DNA of 64,000 bases from Acidobacteriota bacterium (GCA_965217775.1 CBDCJH010000002.1:1792001-1856000); one strand, 5' to 3'; positions 10,262 to 21,150 are shown, counted from the stretch's first letter. Made by a program: numbers and translations. The notes: a model not told the origin generated them from the sequence alone.

Positions 10262-11305
10262 TCAGATCGAATCGATCTCGGACAGCTTGACCGGCCGGCC
10301 TTCCCGGGCCGACAGATCCGCCGCGAACACCACCTTGTGACTCTCCCACGCCTCCTGGACCCCCGTCAGTGGCATGGCCCGGCCCTCCCCCACGCTGTCC
10401 GCGAAGGCTTGGAACTGGGGCTCGTAAGGATGGTGGCTCACATCTCCGGAATCGATCAGCTGAGTCTCCAGCGTACTCCAAGCCTCCTTGCTCAACCCCT
10501 TTAATTTGGCGCTGTAGATCCGGTTGTCCAGAAGGCTTCCTTCACTCCCCACCAGGTGGATATGGAAGTAGTAGGGCTGGAGACAATCCACTACCGAGGC
10601 GACCTTGCCCAAGCGGCCGTCCTCGAATCTGAGTAGGGTGACACTGGTGGTGTCATACTCGTAGGGAGCGAAAATGGAGTTGGAGGAACGAGTCCCGTGG
10701 GACACGACCTCCTCGACCCGGCCTCCCATGAACATCAGCAGCCCGTCCAAGGCGTGGCAGCCGGCCGTGAGCAGGCTGCTACCCGCGTAACTCTTCTTGA
10801 CGTTCCACTCGAATTGGCCGTACCAGGGTCCGATCCCGTGGTAATAGTCCACTTCCCCGTAGTGGACCCGGCCCAGGAGACCTTCCGAAAGACAGGACTG
10901 AATCATGGTGAAATGCTCGCTGAAACGGCATTCGAAGCAGACGCAGACCCCGACACCGGCGTCTTCGATGGCCCGCTTCATGGCTGCAAGATCCGCGACC
11001 GTCAGGCAGAGGGGTTTCTCGATGATGAGGTGTTTGCCGGCCTCGGCCGCCGCGATGGACTGCTCGGCGTGCAGATGGTGCGGGGTGCAGATGTCCACGA
11101 TGTCGATGTCAGGGTCGGCCAGCATTTCCTCGTAGCTGCCGTAGACCTTCAGCGGGACCCCGTACGTGGCCTCCAGTTCCGACTCATCCAGCCGGCGTCT
11201 GGAAGAGACGCCGCTGACACGGGCGCCCGAGACGGTCTTGAAGGTTTCGATGTGGGCTCCCGCGACCCATCCCAGTCCCACGATTCCGACGTTCAATTCG
11301 CTCAT
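10262..11305 (-). CDS. Gfo/Idh/MocA oxidoreductase
   Basis: [23 protein letters not shown]; GGAG upstream of ATG 11305. Confidence 0.9.
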   Translation of the reverse strand: MSELNVGIVGLGWVAGAHIETFKTVSGARVSGVSSRRRLDESELEATYGVPLKVYGSYEEMLADPDIDIVDICTPHHLHAEQSIAAAEAGKHLIIEKPLCLTVADLAAMKRAIEDAGVGVCVCFECRFSEHFTMIQSCLSEGLLGRVHYGEVDYYHGIGPWYGQFEWNVKKSYAGSSLLTAGCHALDGLLMFMGGRVEEVVSHGTRSSNSIFAPYEYDTTSVTLLRFEDGRLGKVASVVDCLQPYYFHIHLVGSEGSLLDNRIYSAKLKGLSKEAWSTLETQLIDSGDVSHHPYEPQFQAFADSVGEGRAMPLTGVQEAWESHKVVFAADLSAREGRPVKLSEIDSI

Positions 11306-11500
11306 TTTCACTCCCTCCTGGTCTGATGGGATCGAATCCCCTCCGGTGACGCCTGCTCCTTTGAAGTCCCGCGCCTCAGGGTGCAAGAGATTGGACGATA
11401 TCTGCTATATTTGGACCTTAAACCGGAAAATACAACCGGATAGCGTTGCAAAAGACTCCCCGATAGCGGAACTGTGGAGACGCGGAAGCCTACCCTTCAG

Positions 11501-12256
11501 ATGACGACACCGGGAATCGTCAACCGGAACCCGCCACGCTCCGCCAGCCGGTCAGCCGGGATCGGACTCCTCCCGATCTTGGGAATCCTCGCCGGGTTGA
11601 CCGCCCTGACACTCGCCGGCCTCTACGTCAAAGACCGCTTCGAGACACTGGAGGAGCGGATCTCCGTGAATCGGGAGTACCTCCACGCCGAGCGGGAGGA
11701 ATTGAAACGCCTCAGCTCACGGTTGCTGGGCCTCAGCGGCGACTCCCAGCGATTGGAGGGGGAGTTGGAAAAGGAGGACCAGAAGCTTCGGAACACCGTC
11801 AGGTCCAGTTTTCAGCAGGCTCGGAAGAGAATCGAGGAAAGCCGCGGGGATATCGAGAAGCTGAGTGCCGCCTTGGAGGCTCTGGCCGACACGGTGGAAC
11901 AACTGAATCAAAGCTATCAGGACGCCGTGGCGCAGTCCCAGACTCGGCACACGGAAACCGAGAAGAATACGGAGTCCAACCGAGCAGCGGTCAGGACCGT
12001 CAGGACCAATGTGGAGCGGATCCAGGGCCGGTTGGGAACCCACCTCGAACGGCTGAACCGGCTGGGCAAGACGCTGGAGGGTCTGACCGCTCAGTTGCAG
12101 TCCGTGGAGGAGTCCAACAAGAGCACTCTGGTGTCGTTGGATTCCAATCTTCAGGCCCTGTCGGAACGGGTCAGTCTGGCCCTCAATGACTTCCGGGCCC
12201 GCCTGGACGACCTTTCCGCCAAATTGGACCGGTTGGGCGGCCAGGAGGTCTTTTAG
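11501..12256 (+). CDS. Membrane-anchored coiled-coil protein
   Basis: One TM helix followed by heptad-rich sequence; start uncertain. Confidence 0.7.
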   Translation: MTTPGIVNRNPPRSASRSAGIGLLPILGILAGLTALTLAGLYVKDRFETLEERISVNREYLHAEREELKRLSSRLLGLSGDSQRLEGELEKEDQKLRNTVRSSFQQARKRIEESRGDIEKLSAALEALADTVEQLNQSYQDAVAQSQTRHTETEKNTESNRAAVRTVRTNVERIQGRLGTHLERLNRLGKTLEGLTAQLQSVEESNKSTLVSLDSNLQALSERVSLALNDFRARLDDLSAKLDRLGGQEVF

Positions 12257-12283
12257 CAGTTCGCCCGCCGATTTCGCCGCCCC

Positions 12284-13426
12284 TTAATCAATCGTCACCC
12301 ACTCCAGGTTCTGGGCGGAACGGAGAACCGCTTCCTGGGTTTTCTGGGTGGCCAGCGCCTCCCGGAAGCTGGGGTGGGTCCCCTCGCCCGATTCCAACCC
12401 CTTCAAGAAATCGGCCAGGGCGTTGATGAAGGTGTGCTCGTAGCCGATCACGCAGCCCGGAACCCACCAGTTCTTCATGTAGGGGTGCTCGAAAGCGGTC
12501 ACCAGGATGGTGCGCCAACCCTGGAGGTGGGACGGGTCGTCATGATTGAAGTACTGGAGCTGGTGCATGTTCTCCAGGTCGAAGTAGAGCGATCCCTTCT
12601 CCCCGTTGATCTCGAACGAGTTCTTGTTCTTGCGCCCGCGAGCGTAACGGGTGGCTTCGAAGGTTCCGTTGGACCCGTTGGAAAAGCGGGCCATGAAGGT
12701 GCAGACGTCGTCGATCTCCACGGCCTTCCGCTCCGTCGGGCTTCCCTGCACCGGGCGCTCCTTGACGAAGATCTCCGTCATCCCCGACACCGATGCGACA
12801 GGGCCGTTGAGCCAGATCGCGGTGTCGATGCTGTGGCTCGCCAGATCACCCGAGACGCCGGCCCCGGCCACCTCCTTCTCGAGCCGCCAAAGCGTGGGAC
12901 CACCCAGCGGGACGTCCGCCGAAATGGTCCAGTCCTGCAGGTAGGTGGACCGGTAGTGGAAAATCCGTCCCAGGCGGCCCTCATCGATCATCTGGCGGGC
13001 CAACGCGATGGCCGGAACCCTGCGATAGTTGAACCAGACCATGTTGGCGACCCCCGCCGCCTCCACGGCCTCCACCATCTCCACGGCCTCATCCACATCG
13101 ATGGCCAGCGGTTTCTCGCACAGCACCATCTTTCCCCGGCTCGCGGCGGCCAGAGCGATCTCATGATGGGTGTTGTTGGGACTGCAGATGTCGATGACGT
13201 CGATGTCGTCCCGCTCCACCAGCCGCCGCCAGTCCGTCTCCGTCGATTCCCAGCCCCAATTGCGGGCGAACGGCTCCAACTTGTCCGAGTTCCGGGCCGC
13301 CACCGCCTTGAGAACCGGGGTCTGGTCCAGATCGAAGAACTGGCTGACCTTCCGGTAAGCGTTGGAGTGGGCTCGACCCATGAAGCCGTAGCCGATCATT
13401 CCTACGTTCAGAGTCTTTTTTGCCAT
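12284..13426 (-). CDS. Gfo/Idh/MocA oxidoreductase
   Basis: IGYGFMGRAHSNAY, CEKPLA, FNYRRVPA. Confidence 0.92.
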   Translation of the reverse strand: MAKKTLNVGMIGYGFMGRAHSNAYRKVSQFFDLDQTPVLKAVAARNSDKLEPFARNWGWESTETDWRRLVERDDIDVIDICSPNNTHHEIALAAASRGKMVLCEKPLAIDVDEAVEMVEAVEAAGVANMVWFNYRRVPAIALARQMIDEGRLGRIFHYRSTYLQDWTISADVPLGGPTLWRLEKEVAGAGVSGDLASHSIDTAIWLNGPVASVSGMTEIFVKERPVQGSPTERKAVEIDDVCTFMARFSNGSNGTFEATRYARGRKNKNSFEINGEKGSLYFDLENMHQLQYFNHDDPSHLQGWRTILVTAFEHPYMKNWWVPGCVIGYEHTFINALADFLKGLESGEGTHPSFREALATQKTQEAVLRSAQNLEWVTID

Positions 13427-13613
13427 GAAATGTCTCCGGATCTGCCGAGGCCGGCTCGCTCATCCCACCGACTTGACGAGCCGATGTCCTCAATCTCTCA
13501 TGTAGAAAGAGTACGCCCGCACCGATCCGGGCCGCAAGCCCGTGGCAGGTGGCGACACGGCCACGACGGGTGGGATAATCGGGACCGTCACCAGCATGGG
13601 AGGTATCGCAAAC

Positions 13614-14453
13614 ATGCGTGTGGGAATGAATCTGCTCCTTTGGACCACCGAAGTCGGACCGTCCCATCGAAAACTGCTGACGCAGATTCGCGACTGGGGG
13701 TTCGACGGCGTCGAGATCCCCATTTTTTCGCCCCATCCACAGCGCGCACGGGAACTCGGCCTGCTCTTGGACGATCTGGGATTGGAGCGCACCGCCGTCA
13801 CCGTCGTCCCGCCGGACGCCAATCCCATTCACCCGGATCCGTCCGTCCGGACCAAGGCCCTGGAGTACTTGAAGTCGGTGGTGGAGGCCTGTCACCTCGC
13901 CGGCATTCATCTGCTCGCGGGCCCGATGCACTCCCCCGTCGGTCTCCTGGCGGGCCGGAGCCGCACTCCGGAGGAATGGGGATGGGCTCTGGAGATCCTG
14001 CAACAAACGGCGGATCTGGCCCGGTCCGCCCGCATCACGCTGGCGCTGGAATTCCTGAACCGGTTCGAATCCTATTTCCTGAACTGCGCCAAGGACACCG
14101 TCGAGTTCACGGCTCAGGCCGATCGGCCCAACCTGGGAATTCTCTACGACACCTACCACGCTCATCTGGAGGAAAAAAACGTCCGCGCGGCGATTCGCAC
14201 CTGTGCGGGCGCCCTTCGCCACGTCCACATCAGCGAAAACGACCGGGCGACCCCCGGCGAGGGCCAGGTCCGCTGGCAGGAGACCTTCGACACCCTCAAG
14301 GACGTCGAGTATGCGGACTGGCTGGTCATCGAGGCCTTCGGTCAGGCGATGCCGGAACTGGCCGCCGCCACCTGCATCTGGCGCCGCATGTTCCCGTCAG
14401 AGGAGCACCTGGCGCGCCACGGACTGGAATGGATCCGCTCCAATTGGGACTGA
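13614..14453 (+). CDS. Sugar phosphate isomerase/epimerase (psicose/tagatose 3-epimerase-like TIM barrel)
   Basis: LEFLNRFE, YDTYHAH, HVHISENDR, VIEAF. Confidence 0.88.
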   Translation: MRVGMNLLLWTTEVGPSHRKLLTQIRDWGFDGVEIPIFSPHPQRARELGLLLDDLGLERTAVTVVPPDANPIHPDPSVRTKALEYLKSVVEACHLAGIHLLAGPMHSPVGLLAGRSRTPEEWGWALEILQQTADLARSARITLALEFLNRFESYFLNCAKDTVEFTAQADRPNLGILYDTYHAHLEEKNVRAAIRTCAGALRHVHISENDRATPGEGQVRWQETFDTLKDVEYADWLVIEAFGQAMPELAAATCIWRRMFPSEEHLARHGLEWIRSNWD

Positions 14454-14510
14454 TTTCCGTCTTGGGAGGGGCGACCATGGGGGACTTCCAATCTTCCGGA
14501 ACCGGAGCGG

Positions 14511-14615
14511 AAAAAGGGGACAGTCTCGTTTCCAGCAGCAGCGTTCGCCGGTTGCCCAACGCCCCCCGAAGGGGACAGTCGAAGTGAAAAAGGGGACAGT
14601 CTTTTTTCCGGGACG
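14511..14615 (-). repeat. Three copies of the RAYT-associated motif (AAGGGGACAGTC on +)
   Basis: Copies at 14511-14525, 14568-14580, 14587-14601. Confidence 0.85.
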
Positions 14616-14648
14616 CTTCCGCTTGACCCATTCAGGAGGACAGAGACC

Positions 14649-15809
14649 ATGAAAATCACCGACGTCAAGGCTTACGTGGTCAAGCCCAGGTATCCGGACA
14701 AAGCCGGAACCTTCGAGGGGGACTGGACCTTCGTCCGCATCGACACCAACGAAGGCATCCATGGCTGGGGCGAGGCCAGCAACTCTCCTGGCGGCGGCTG
14801 CTTCCTGAGCGCCCGGACCATCGAGCTGCTGCGCCAAAGCCTCGTGGGGCAGGACCCTTTTGAGAGCGAGAGGTTGTGGCAGCAGAACTACCGGCGCTTC
14901 ACCTACCTGGGGGCGCAGGGCCTGCCGACCGTGGCCCTGAGCGGTGTGGACATCGCCCTGTGGGATATCAAGGGGAAGGCCCTGGGCCGCCCGGTCTACG
15001 ACCTGCTGGGCGGCAAGCTGCGCGACAGCATCCGGCTCTACGCCAACGGCTGGTTCTTCGGCTGCCACACCCCCGGGCAGTATGGCGCGGCCGCCAAAGC
15101 CACCGTCGAGGCCGGCCATCAAGCCCTCAAGCTGGATCCCTTCCTGGAGATGCTGCCCTTCCACACCGGCTATCTCTCCGGCCAGATTTCAGCCGAAGGG
15201 GAGGACCTGGGCTGCGCCATCGTGCAGGCGGTTCGGGAAGCCGTGGGAGACAAAGTGGAAATACTGATCGACGCCCACGGCCACTACAACGTGCCGACGG
15301 CCATCCGCCTGGCCAACCGCCTCTACGAGGAGTCGCAGATCGCCTGGTTCGAGGAGCCGGTGCCTCCCGAAAGCATCGATGCCCTGCGGGCAGTCCGAGA
15401 GCAGGTCGCGCCTTCCATTTGCGTGGGCGAACGCCTCTTCACCCGTTTCGACTTCCTGCCCATCCTGCAGCAGGGGCTGGCCGACTATCTGATGCCCGAC
15501 GTGCTCTGGACGGGAGGCATCACCGAGCTGCGCAAGATCTCCAGCCTGGCCGAAGCCTACTACGTCCCCATGAGCCCCCACAACGCCATGGGGCCGCTGC
15601 AGATCGTGGCCGGCTCCCACGTGATGATGAACACGCCCAACTTCTACCGGCTGGAACACAGCACCTCCTTCATCGAAGCCTACAACCGCCTGACGACCGA
15701 GCCCATGAACTTCCACGGCGGGGAGTTCAGCCTGAGCGGAAAACCCGGCCTGGGCGTGGATTTCGACATGGACGCCCTCCACTCCCATCTGCACCCGGAT
15801 TCGGCTTAA
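14649..15809 (+). CDS. Mandelate racemase/enolase superfamily, galactonate dehydratase-like
   Basis: SGVDIALWDIKGKALGRPVYDLLGG, YANGW, KLDP, DAHG, WFEEP, GER, PHN; AGGAGG RBS. Confidence 0.9.
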   Translation: MKITDVKAYVVKPRYPDKAGTFEGDWTFVRIDTNEGIHGWGEASNSPGGGCFLSARTIELLRQSLVGQDPFESERLWQQNYRRFTYLGAQGLPTVALSGVDIALWDIKGKALGRPVYDLLGGKLRDSIRLYANGWFFGCHTPGQYGAAAKATVEAGHQALKLDPFLEMLPFHTGYLSGQISAEGEDLGCAIVQAVREAVGDKVEILIDAHGHYNVPTAIRLANRLYEESQIAWFEEPVPPESIDALRAVREQVAPSICVGERLFTRFDFLPILQQGLADYLMPDVLWTGGITELRKISSLAEAYYVPMSPHNAMGPLQIVAGSHVMMNTPNFYRLEHSTSFIEAYNRLTTEPMNFHGGEFSLSGKPGLGVDFDMDALHSHLHPDSA

Positions 15810-15835
15810 CCCGCATTTCTCAGCGGGGGGCGTGA
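15807..15835. mobile_element. MITE family A, isolated inverted right end (truncated)
   Basis: TAACCCGCATTTCTCAGCGGGGGGCGTGA matches the reverse complement of the MITE right end. Confidence 0.7.
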
Positions 15836-15840
15836 TGATG

Positions 15841-15891
15841 ACGGGGGAAAAAAGGGACGGGAAAAAGGGGACAGTCTATTTTTCCGGGACG
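15841..15891 (-). repeat. RAYT left-flank motif with stutter
   Basis: GAAAAAGGGGACAGTCTATTTTTCCGGGACG, a direct repeat of 14586-14615, preceded by partial copy GGAAAAAAGGGAC. Confidence 0.85.
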
Positions 15892-16111
15892 GAAGACACA
15901 GGGCAGACCACAAAGGTGTCGGCTCCTTCGCCTGCAAAGACAACTGAGGTGGTCACTTGGTCAAGTTTCCTCGGATGCTTCCGGAAACGCGAGATTTGCT
16001 GATTTTCTTGAGTTTCCTTCGCCTTTCTTAGTTCTGAATCGTTGTGGTCATCAGAGGTGCGAACCTATCCGCGCCGCGCCGAGTCCGAGTCGTTAACCGA
16101 GGACCGTGGCC

Positions 16112-17047
16112 ATGGCCCGAACCGCACGACACAAAAGCACAGAAGCCGCCTTCTATCACCTCACCAATCGAGTCGCCGGCAATTCCGATTGGTTCCCCTT
16201 TAAAAACCACCAAGCCGGTCGCAAACTCCTGGACATGATGTCGTTCTACGTCAATGTCTACCGGTGTCGTTTGGCCGCTTTCCAGATCATGGGCAATCAC
16301 TTCCACTTCGTCATCCATTTTGAGAAACCCCGCCCCCTGTCCCGCGACGAGTTGATGGACAGCGCCCACAAGCTTTATGGACAACAGGCAGAGAAGAAAA
16401 CCGCCGATTGGACCGTCGCCCAGTGGGAGGCTTTCAACCAGCGTCTCTTTGACGTGTCGAAACTGATGGCGAACGTGGACGGGTTCTATGCCCGGTGGTT
16501 CAACCGCAATTTCGGACGACGAGGCCATCTTTGGGGTGATCGTTTCAAGAACCCGGAACTCTTGGGAAGCGAAGCCGTCCAGGACGCCATCCTCTACGTG
16601 GAACTCAATGCCGTCCGGGCCGGACTGGTCAAAAGGCCCGAGCAATGGCAGTGGGGCTCGGCCCGCTGGAGACTCACCGGCGAGGATCAAGATCTGATTC
16701 CACTGGAGGAACTGTTCCCCTCGGATCCCGGAGCGGACGTGTACAGAAGTTACCGGGCTCGCTTGTACTATCGAGGAGCCGTCCCCACCCGGGAGAACCA
16801 GGCTGCGATCCCCCGGTGGATCCTCCTTCAGGAGCAGCGACGTGGATTTACCCGTGCCGGAGCCTTTCTCCGGCGTTTGCGATTTCTGACGGACGGGTTG
16901 GCCGTCGGTCCGGCAGAGAAGGTGGCGCAGTTGCTGGAGACGTATCGAAAGCAAGGTCGATATCGGCGTCGCCGACACCCCATCCCCCAACTGGGCGGAG
17001 TGCTGTTTTCCCTGCGGGAGCAGCGCTCCCACGCCTTCGTCTCGTAG
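16112..17047 (+). CDS. REP-associated tyrosine transposase (HUH/Y1 family)
   Basis: FYHLTNR, HUH motif MGNHFHF, GHLWGDRF, YVELNAVRAGLV..PEQWQWGS. Confidence 0.88.
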   Translation: MARTARHKSTEAAFYHLTNRVAGNSDWFPFKNHQAGRKLLDMMSFYVNVYRCRLAAFQIMGNHFHFVIHFEKPRPLSRDELMDSAHKLYGQQAEKKTADWTVAQWEAFNQRLFDVSKLMANVDGFYARWFNRNFGRRGHLWGDRFKNPELLGSEAVQDAILYVELNAVRAGLVKRPEQWQWGSARWRLTGEDQDLIPLEELFPSDPGADVYRSYRARLYYRGAVPTRENQAAIPRWILLQEQRRGFTRAGAFLRRLRFLTDGLAVGPAEKVAQLLETYRKQGRYRRRRHPIPQLGGVLFSLREQRSHAFVS

Positions 17048-17220
17048 ACTCGCCTGATCGCCGACCGTCGATTCTGCCACTCCGGCACCGAACGACCCAG
17101 ATCACGGGAACCACCCAATAGACTGAATTGTCCTCTTAGTGTGTGGAAAGTCCTCCGGACTTCCATCCATTTGCCATGGGTTCACTGCTCTGCTTCCGCA
17201 GTCTCTCGCAGTCTCTTCTC

Positions 17221-17290
17221 AAGACTGTCCCTTTCTGTCTCGACGGCTACCAGACGGCTACCAGACGGCTACCACAAGGGTCGCCCCGAC
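17221..17290 (+). repeat. RAYT right-flank motif plus (GACGGCTACCA)x3 and REP half
   Basis: AAGACTGTCCCTTTCT at 17221; 11-mer at 17242, 17253, 17264; then CAAGGGTCGCCCCGAC. Confidence 0.85.
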
Positions 17291-17302
17291 GAACGGTGTC
17301 CC

Positions 17303-18061
17303 CTAGTCGTCCCGGAAACGATCGGCCGTGTCCTGCGGTTCGTATCCCAGGTCCCTCCGGGCGTTGTCCAGTGACCGGTAGTTCCACTTGTTGTCGGAGA
17401 CCACGTAGTAGATCCCGAACTTCAGATCCTCAGGCGCATCGATGCAGCGGCGGATCATCTGGGCGATGTCCGCGTGACTGCACCAGACCGAGAAATCCCG
17501 AACCTCGTTGGGCCGGTCGTTGTAGTGGACGCGGCCGATGCGGAGAGAGATCATGGACAGGCCCCATCGGTCGGAGAAGAACCGGGCCAACGTTTCGCCG
17601 AACGCCTTGCTGCAACCGTAGAGGCCGTTGGGCCGAATCAGCGACGTGTCCACCAAGTCCCAACCGGTCACCTCCTCGTACCGTCCCTCGACCAGGGCAG
17701 CGTAGGGCGGATGCCGTTCCCACTCGCTGACGGCGGCTCCGCTGCTGGCGAAAACAACCCTCTCGACACCCGCCGTCCGGGCCGCCTCGAACACGTTGTA
17801 GGTGCCGACGATGTTGTGCGGGAGCACGTCCTCCCAGGTGGGGTCCCCCTGGGCCATGGCGGCCAGGTGGACGACGGTCTCCACTCCCTCGAAGGCCGGC
17901 CGGATGGCCTCCAGATCGGCAATGTCCGCCTGCAGGCACGGGAGGCCCTCCACCGGACGCCGGTTCAAGGCGCTCAGCTCGTACGCATCTCCCAGTTCCC
18001 GCCGGCAAACCTGCCCGATGAGTCCGCTCATGCCCGTGATCAACACTCTTTTTTTGGCCAT
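17303..18061 (-). CDS. NAD-dependent epimerase/dehydrogenase (uronate dehydrogenase-like)
   Basis: ITGMSGLIG, VVHLAA, YGCSK, SLRIG. Confidence 0.88.
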   Translation of the reverse strand: MAKKRVLITGMSGLIGQVCRRELGDAYELSALNRRPVEGLPCLQADIADLEAIRPAFEGVETVVHLAAMAQGDPTWEDVLPHNIVGTYNVFEAARTAGVERVVFASSGAAVSEWERHPPYAALVEGRYEEVTGWDLVDTSLIRPNGLYGCSKAFGETLARFFSDRWGLSMISLRIGRVHYNDRPNEVRDFSVWCSHADIAQMIRRCIDAPEDLKFGIYYVVSDNKWNYRSLDNARRDLGYEPQDTADRFRDD

Positions 18062-18199
18062 GCGGCGATTCTACCGCAGGGCCTCCCAACTCCGCCTGCC
18101 GGGTTTTACCGCCGGTTTTCATTCCCACTTCCAGCCCCTATGATGGGCTCTCGTCTCAACACCCAATTGAATCGGCATCCGGCGAAAGGGAGCGGCAAC

Positions 18200-18934
18200 A
18201 TGTTTCGAAACAAAATCCTCGAGAGAATCAAGAGAGGCGAGAAGGCTCTGGGCCTGTTCATGTCGGACCCTTCCGAAGAACTGGTGGAAATGGCCGGGCG
18301 CATGGGGCTGGATTTCGTCGGCTTCGACGGCCAGCACTCGCCCCTCACTCCGGAACGGGTCGGCACCCTGTGCACCATCGCGGACGGGTTCGACGTCACT
18401 CCCACCATGCGCGTCCCCGATGGGAATGAAAGCACGCTACTGTCCTATTTGGACCGTGGGATCCGCGGCATCACGGTTCCCAACATCCAGACCCGTGAAG
18501 AAGCCGAAAAACTGGTCAAATACACCTATTTCGCACCGCTGGGCCTGCGCAGCTCCACCAGCTACCGCATGGTCATGAACCAGGACGGAAAGGACCGCAA
18601 CACCCTCTTCCAGGAAGTCAACGCCAACCTGATGATCGTCCCCCAACTGGAGAGCGTGACTTCAATCCGGAATTTGGACGAGATCCTTCAGGTGGAGGGG
18701 ATCGACTACCTCGGAGGCGGCCCCGAAGACATGGCCCAGTCCATGGGGATTCCGGGCCGGCATGACGATCCCAGGGTGACCCGGATCTACAAGGAGATGG
18801 AACAGAAGGTCCATGCCGCCGGAAAGCTCATGGCGGGAGACTACATCGAGTCGGTGAACGTCTTCTGGAACGTCAAGGGCGCATTGGAGCAACTGCTTGA
18901 AAGCCACGGCCGCCGCTCTCGCATGACCTGGTAG
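18200..18934 (+). CDS. HpcH/HpaI aldolase family
   Basis: DFVGFDGQH, MRVP, FAPLGLRS, QLES, GPEDMAQSMG. Confidence 0.85.
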   Translation: MFRNKILERIKRGEKALGLFMSDPSEELVEMAGRMGLDFVGFDGQHSPLTPERVGTLCTIADGFDVTPTMRVPDGNESTLLSYLDRGIRGITVPNIQTREEAEKLVKYTYFAPLGLRSSTSYRMVMNQDGKDRNTLFQEVNANLMIVPQLESVTSIRNLDEILQVEGIDYLGGGPEDMAQSMGIPGRHDDPRVTRIYKEMEQKVHAAGKLMAGDYIESVNVFWNVKGALEQLLESHGRRSRMTW

Positions 18935-18950
18935 TGAAGACCCCCACCCC

Positions 18951-19904
18951 GTGAAGTACGTCGTCAATCTGCCCATCGCCGGCCCTCTGGCGACTCCCCG
19001 CAGTCTCTCGGCTCTCGCTCGAACCGCCGAGGCCCAGGGAGTCGACATCATCTCCTCCAGTGAGCGCCTGGTCCTGCCCTGCTCCGTCGAGACCCGCTAT
19101 CCGTACGGCGCCACGGGCAAGTTTCCCGGCGGAAGCGGCAGCCAGAAGAGCCTGGAGATGCTGATGACCCTGGCCTTCCTCTGCGGCCAGACCTCCCGGG
19201 TCCGCATCCTGACCTCGGTCCTGGTCCTGCCCTACCGGGATCCGATCCTGGCGGCCAAGATGCTGGCCACCCTGGACGTCCTCTCCGAAGGCCGGCTCAT
19301 CGTGGGCTGCGGCGTCGGCTGGATGCGGGAGGAGTTCGAAGCCCTGGGCCTGCCGGTCCGATTCGAGGACCGGGGCCGCGCCTCGGACGAGTACCTGAGG
19401 GGCATGCAGGAACTCTGGTGTAGCGAGAACCCTGAGTTCAAAGGCAACCACGTCCGTTTCTCCGGGATCGAATTCCATCCCCAGCCGGTACAGCGGCCTC
19501 ATCCGCCTTTCTGGTTCGGCGGCGAGAGCCCCGCGGCCCTCCGGCGCGTCGCCCGCTTCGGAGACGGATGGATGCCCATCGCCGGAAACCCGCGCCATCC
19601 GCTGGACGACGACCGGCAACTCGCCCGGGCGATTGAAAGACTGCGCCGAATGGTGGAGGCCGAAGGCCGGGACCCGGACAAGATTCACGTCCGGTTCGGC
19701 GGAGGGTGGAACGAGTCCCCGCGCCCGGGCCCGGCAGGAGAGAGACTGCCCATGAGCGGCACGGTCCAGCAGGTGGCCGGAGACATCCGCCGCTATCAGG
19801 ATCTGGGAGTCGACCACCTGGGAGTGGGTCTGTTGACGGAGGACCTGTCCGAGAGCCTGGAACGGATCGAGCGCTTCATGACCAGTGTCGTGCCGGTGGT
19901 CTAG
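18951..19904 (+). CDS. LLM-class (probably F420-dependent) oxidoreductase
   Basis: TSVLVLPYRDPILAAKMLATLDVLSEGRL, GVGWMREEF, PVQRPHPP, GDGWMP. Confidence 0.9.
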   Translation: MKYVVNLPIAGPLATPRSLSALARTAEAQGVDIISSSERLVLPCSVETRYPYGATGKFPGGSGSQKSLEMLMTLAFLCGQTSRVRILTSVLVLPYRDPILAAKMLATLDVLSEGRLIVGCGVGWMREEFEALGLPVRFEDRGRASDEYLRGMQELWCSENPEFKGNHVRFSGIEFHPQPVQRPHPPFWFGGESPAALRRVARFGDGWMPIAGNPRHPLDDDRQLARAIERLRRMVEAEGRDPDKIHVRFGGGWNESPRPGPAGERLPMSGTVQQVAGDIRRYQDLGVDHLGVGLLTEDLSESLERIERFMTSVVPVV

Positions 19905-19917
19905 GAACTTGCGCGAT

Positions 19918-21150
19918 TCACACTCTCAGGAAGATCCTCCGCCGATACATCCACCAGCAGACCAGCCAGAACGTGAGCCCCACCATCACCGACTCGAGGG
20001 CGGGCTCATTGGCGGCTCCCCAGAGCTGGGAGATGTTCTGCCCCAGGTGTGTCCGCAAGGTTGCTGCGGTCCAGTCGGGTAGAAGCATGCTCATCGAGTA
20101 GATCGCTATGGAGTTGGTTCCCACCACCACCAGAGGGAAGGTCCAGCGACGGATCCTGGCGATGTCAATCAGGACGTAGAGTCCTCCCAGGATCAGGCAG
20201 CACCAGCCCGTCGAAAAGATTGCCCAGGAGGGTGTCCAGATCCGCTTGACAAGTGGACAGACACCCGTCCAATCGAGGATCAGCCCTACGGTCAGACCGA
20301 GAATCCCCGCTGCCAGAAGTGTTCTGAGCTTGGTTCTGGCCGAGCGGTGCGAGCGCAGGAACCCGCCCACCATCAGGCCGAAAAGCATGGTGGCCAGGGA
20401 GGGAATAAAATTGATGGTCTGATACCCTCCTCCGTTGTGGACGAACGGCTCCTGGCGTGGCAACTGGTTCAGCAACCAGCCGTCAACGGCATGACCGACG
20501 TTGGCGTTCTTATGCCAGGCTGGAGACACTTCCGCCAGATGTCGCTGAGCCCACTCCGGTTGAACACCCACCTCAGGCGAGCCGCTCGGAAGCTCGACAC
20601 CGGCTCCGGGATACAGGACGTACAACATCCAGGTCAGGATCAGGACGAACACTGCCCCAAGGGCCTGACTTCGAATTCTTCGACGCCAGAACAAAAAGAG
20701 GAAGGTGTAGCCCAGCCCGATCTGCGTCAGGACATTCATCAGTGACCAATTGGTGCCGGAGAGCGAATCGGAAATCAGGAAGATGCCCAGAAGGATGAGG
20801 ACGGCGGATCTCCCGAGGGCGTGGCGCAGCATCTTGCCGTACGAGTGCCCCAGTCCCGATCGTTTGGCATAGGAGTAGGCCATCGACACTCCCACCATGA
20901 ACATGAAGGAGGGTTGGATCAGATCCCAGTAGCCACATCCGGTCCAGGGGACGTGGGAAAACTGGTAATGAACCGTCTGCCAGAAGGAAGAGTCCGGGTT
21001 GGTTGCCAGATGATTCTCGGCCGTCTCCCTGAGACCGAAACCCTTGAAGGCGAGGGAGACCATGATCAGTCCACGATAGGCGTCAAGAGACAGCAACCTC
21101 TGTTGCTGCCGGTTGCTTTTCGCGACCTCGGATTCACCGTGGGATCCCAC
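19918..21150 (-). CDS. HGSNAT-like multi-TM acyltransferase
   Basis: RLLSLDAYRGL, WDLIQPSFMFMVGVSM, PLVKRIWTPSW, VVGTNSIAIY. Confidence 0.85.
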   Translation of the reverse strand: MGSHGESEVAKSNRQQQRLLSLDAYRGLIMVSLAFKGFGLRETAENHLATNPDSSFWQTVHYQFSHVPWTGCGYWDLIQPSFMFMVGVSMAYSYAKRSGLGHSYGKMLRHALGRSAVLILLGIFLISDSLSGTNWSLMNVLTQIGLGYTFLFLFWRRRIRSQALGAVFVLILTWMLYVLYPGAGVELPSGSPEVGVQPEWAQRHLAEVSPAWHKNANVGHAVDGWLLNQLPRQEPFVHNGGGYQTINFIPSLATMLFGLMVGGFLRSHRSARTKLRTLLAAGILGLTVGLILDWTGVCPLVKRIWTPSWAIFSTGWCCLILGGLYVLIDIARIRRWTFPLVVVGTNSIAIYSMSMLLPDWTAATLRTHLGQNISQLWGAANEPALESVMVGLTFWLVCWWMYRRRIFLRV

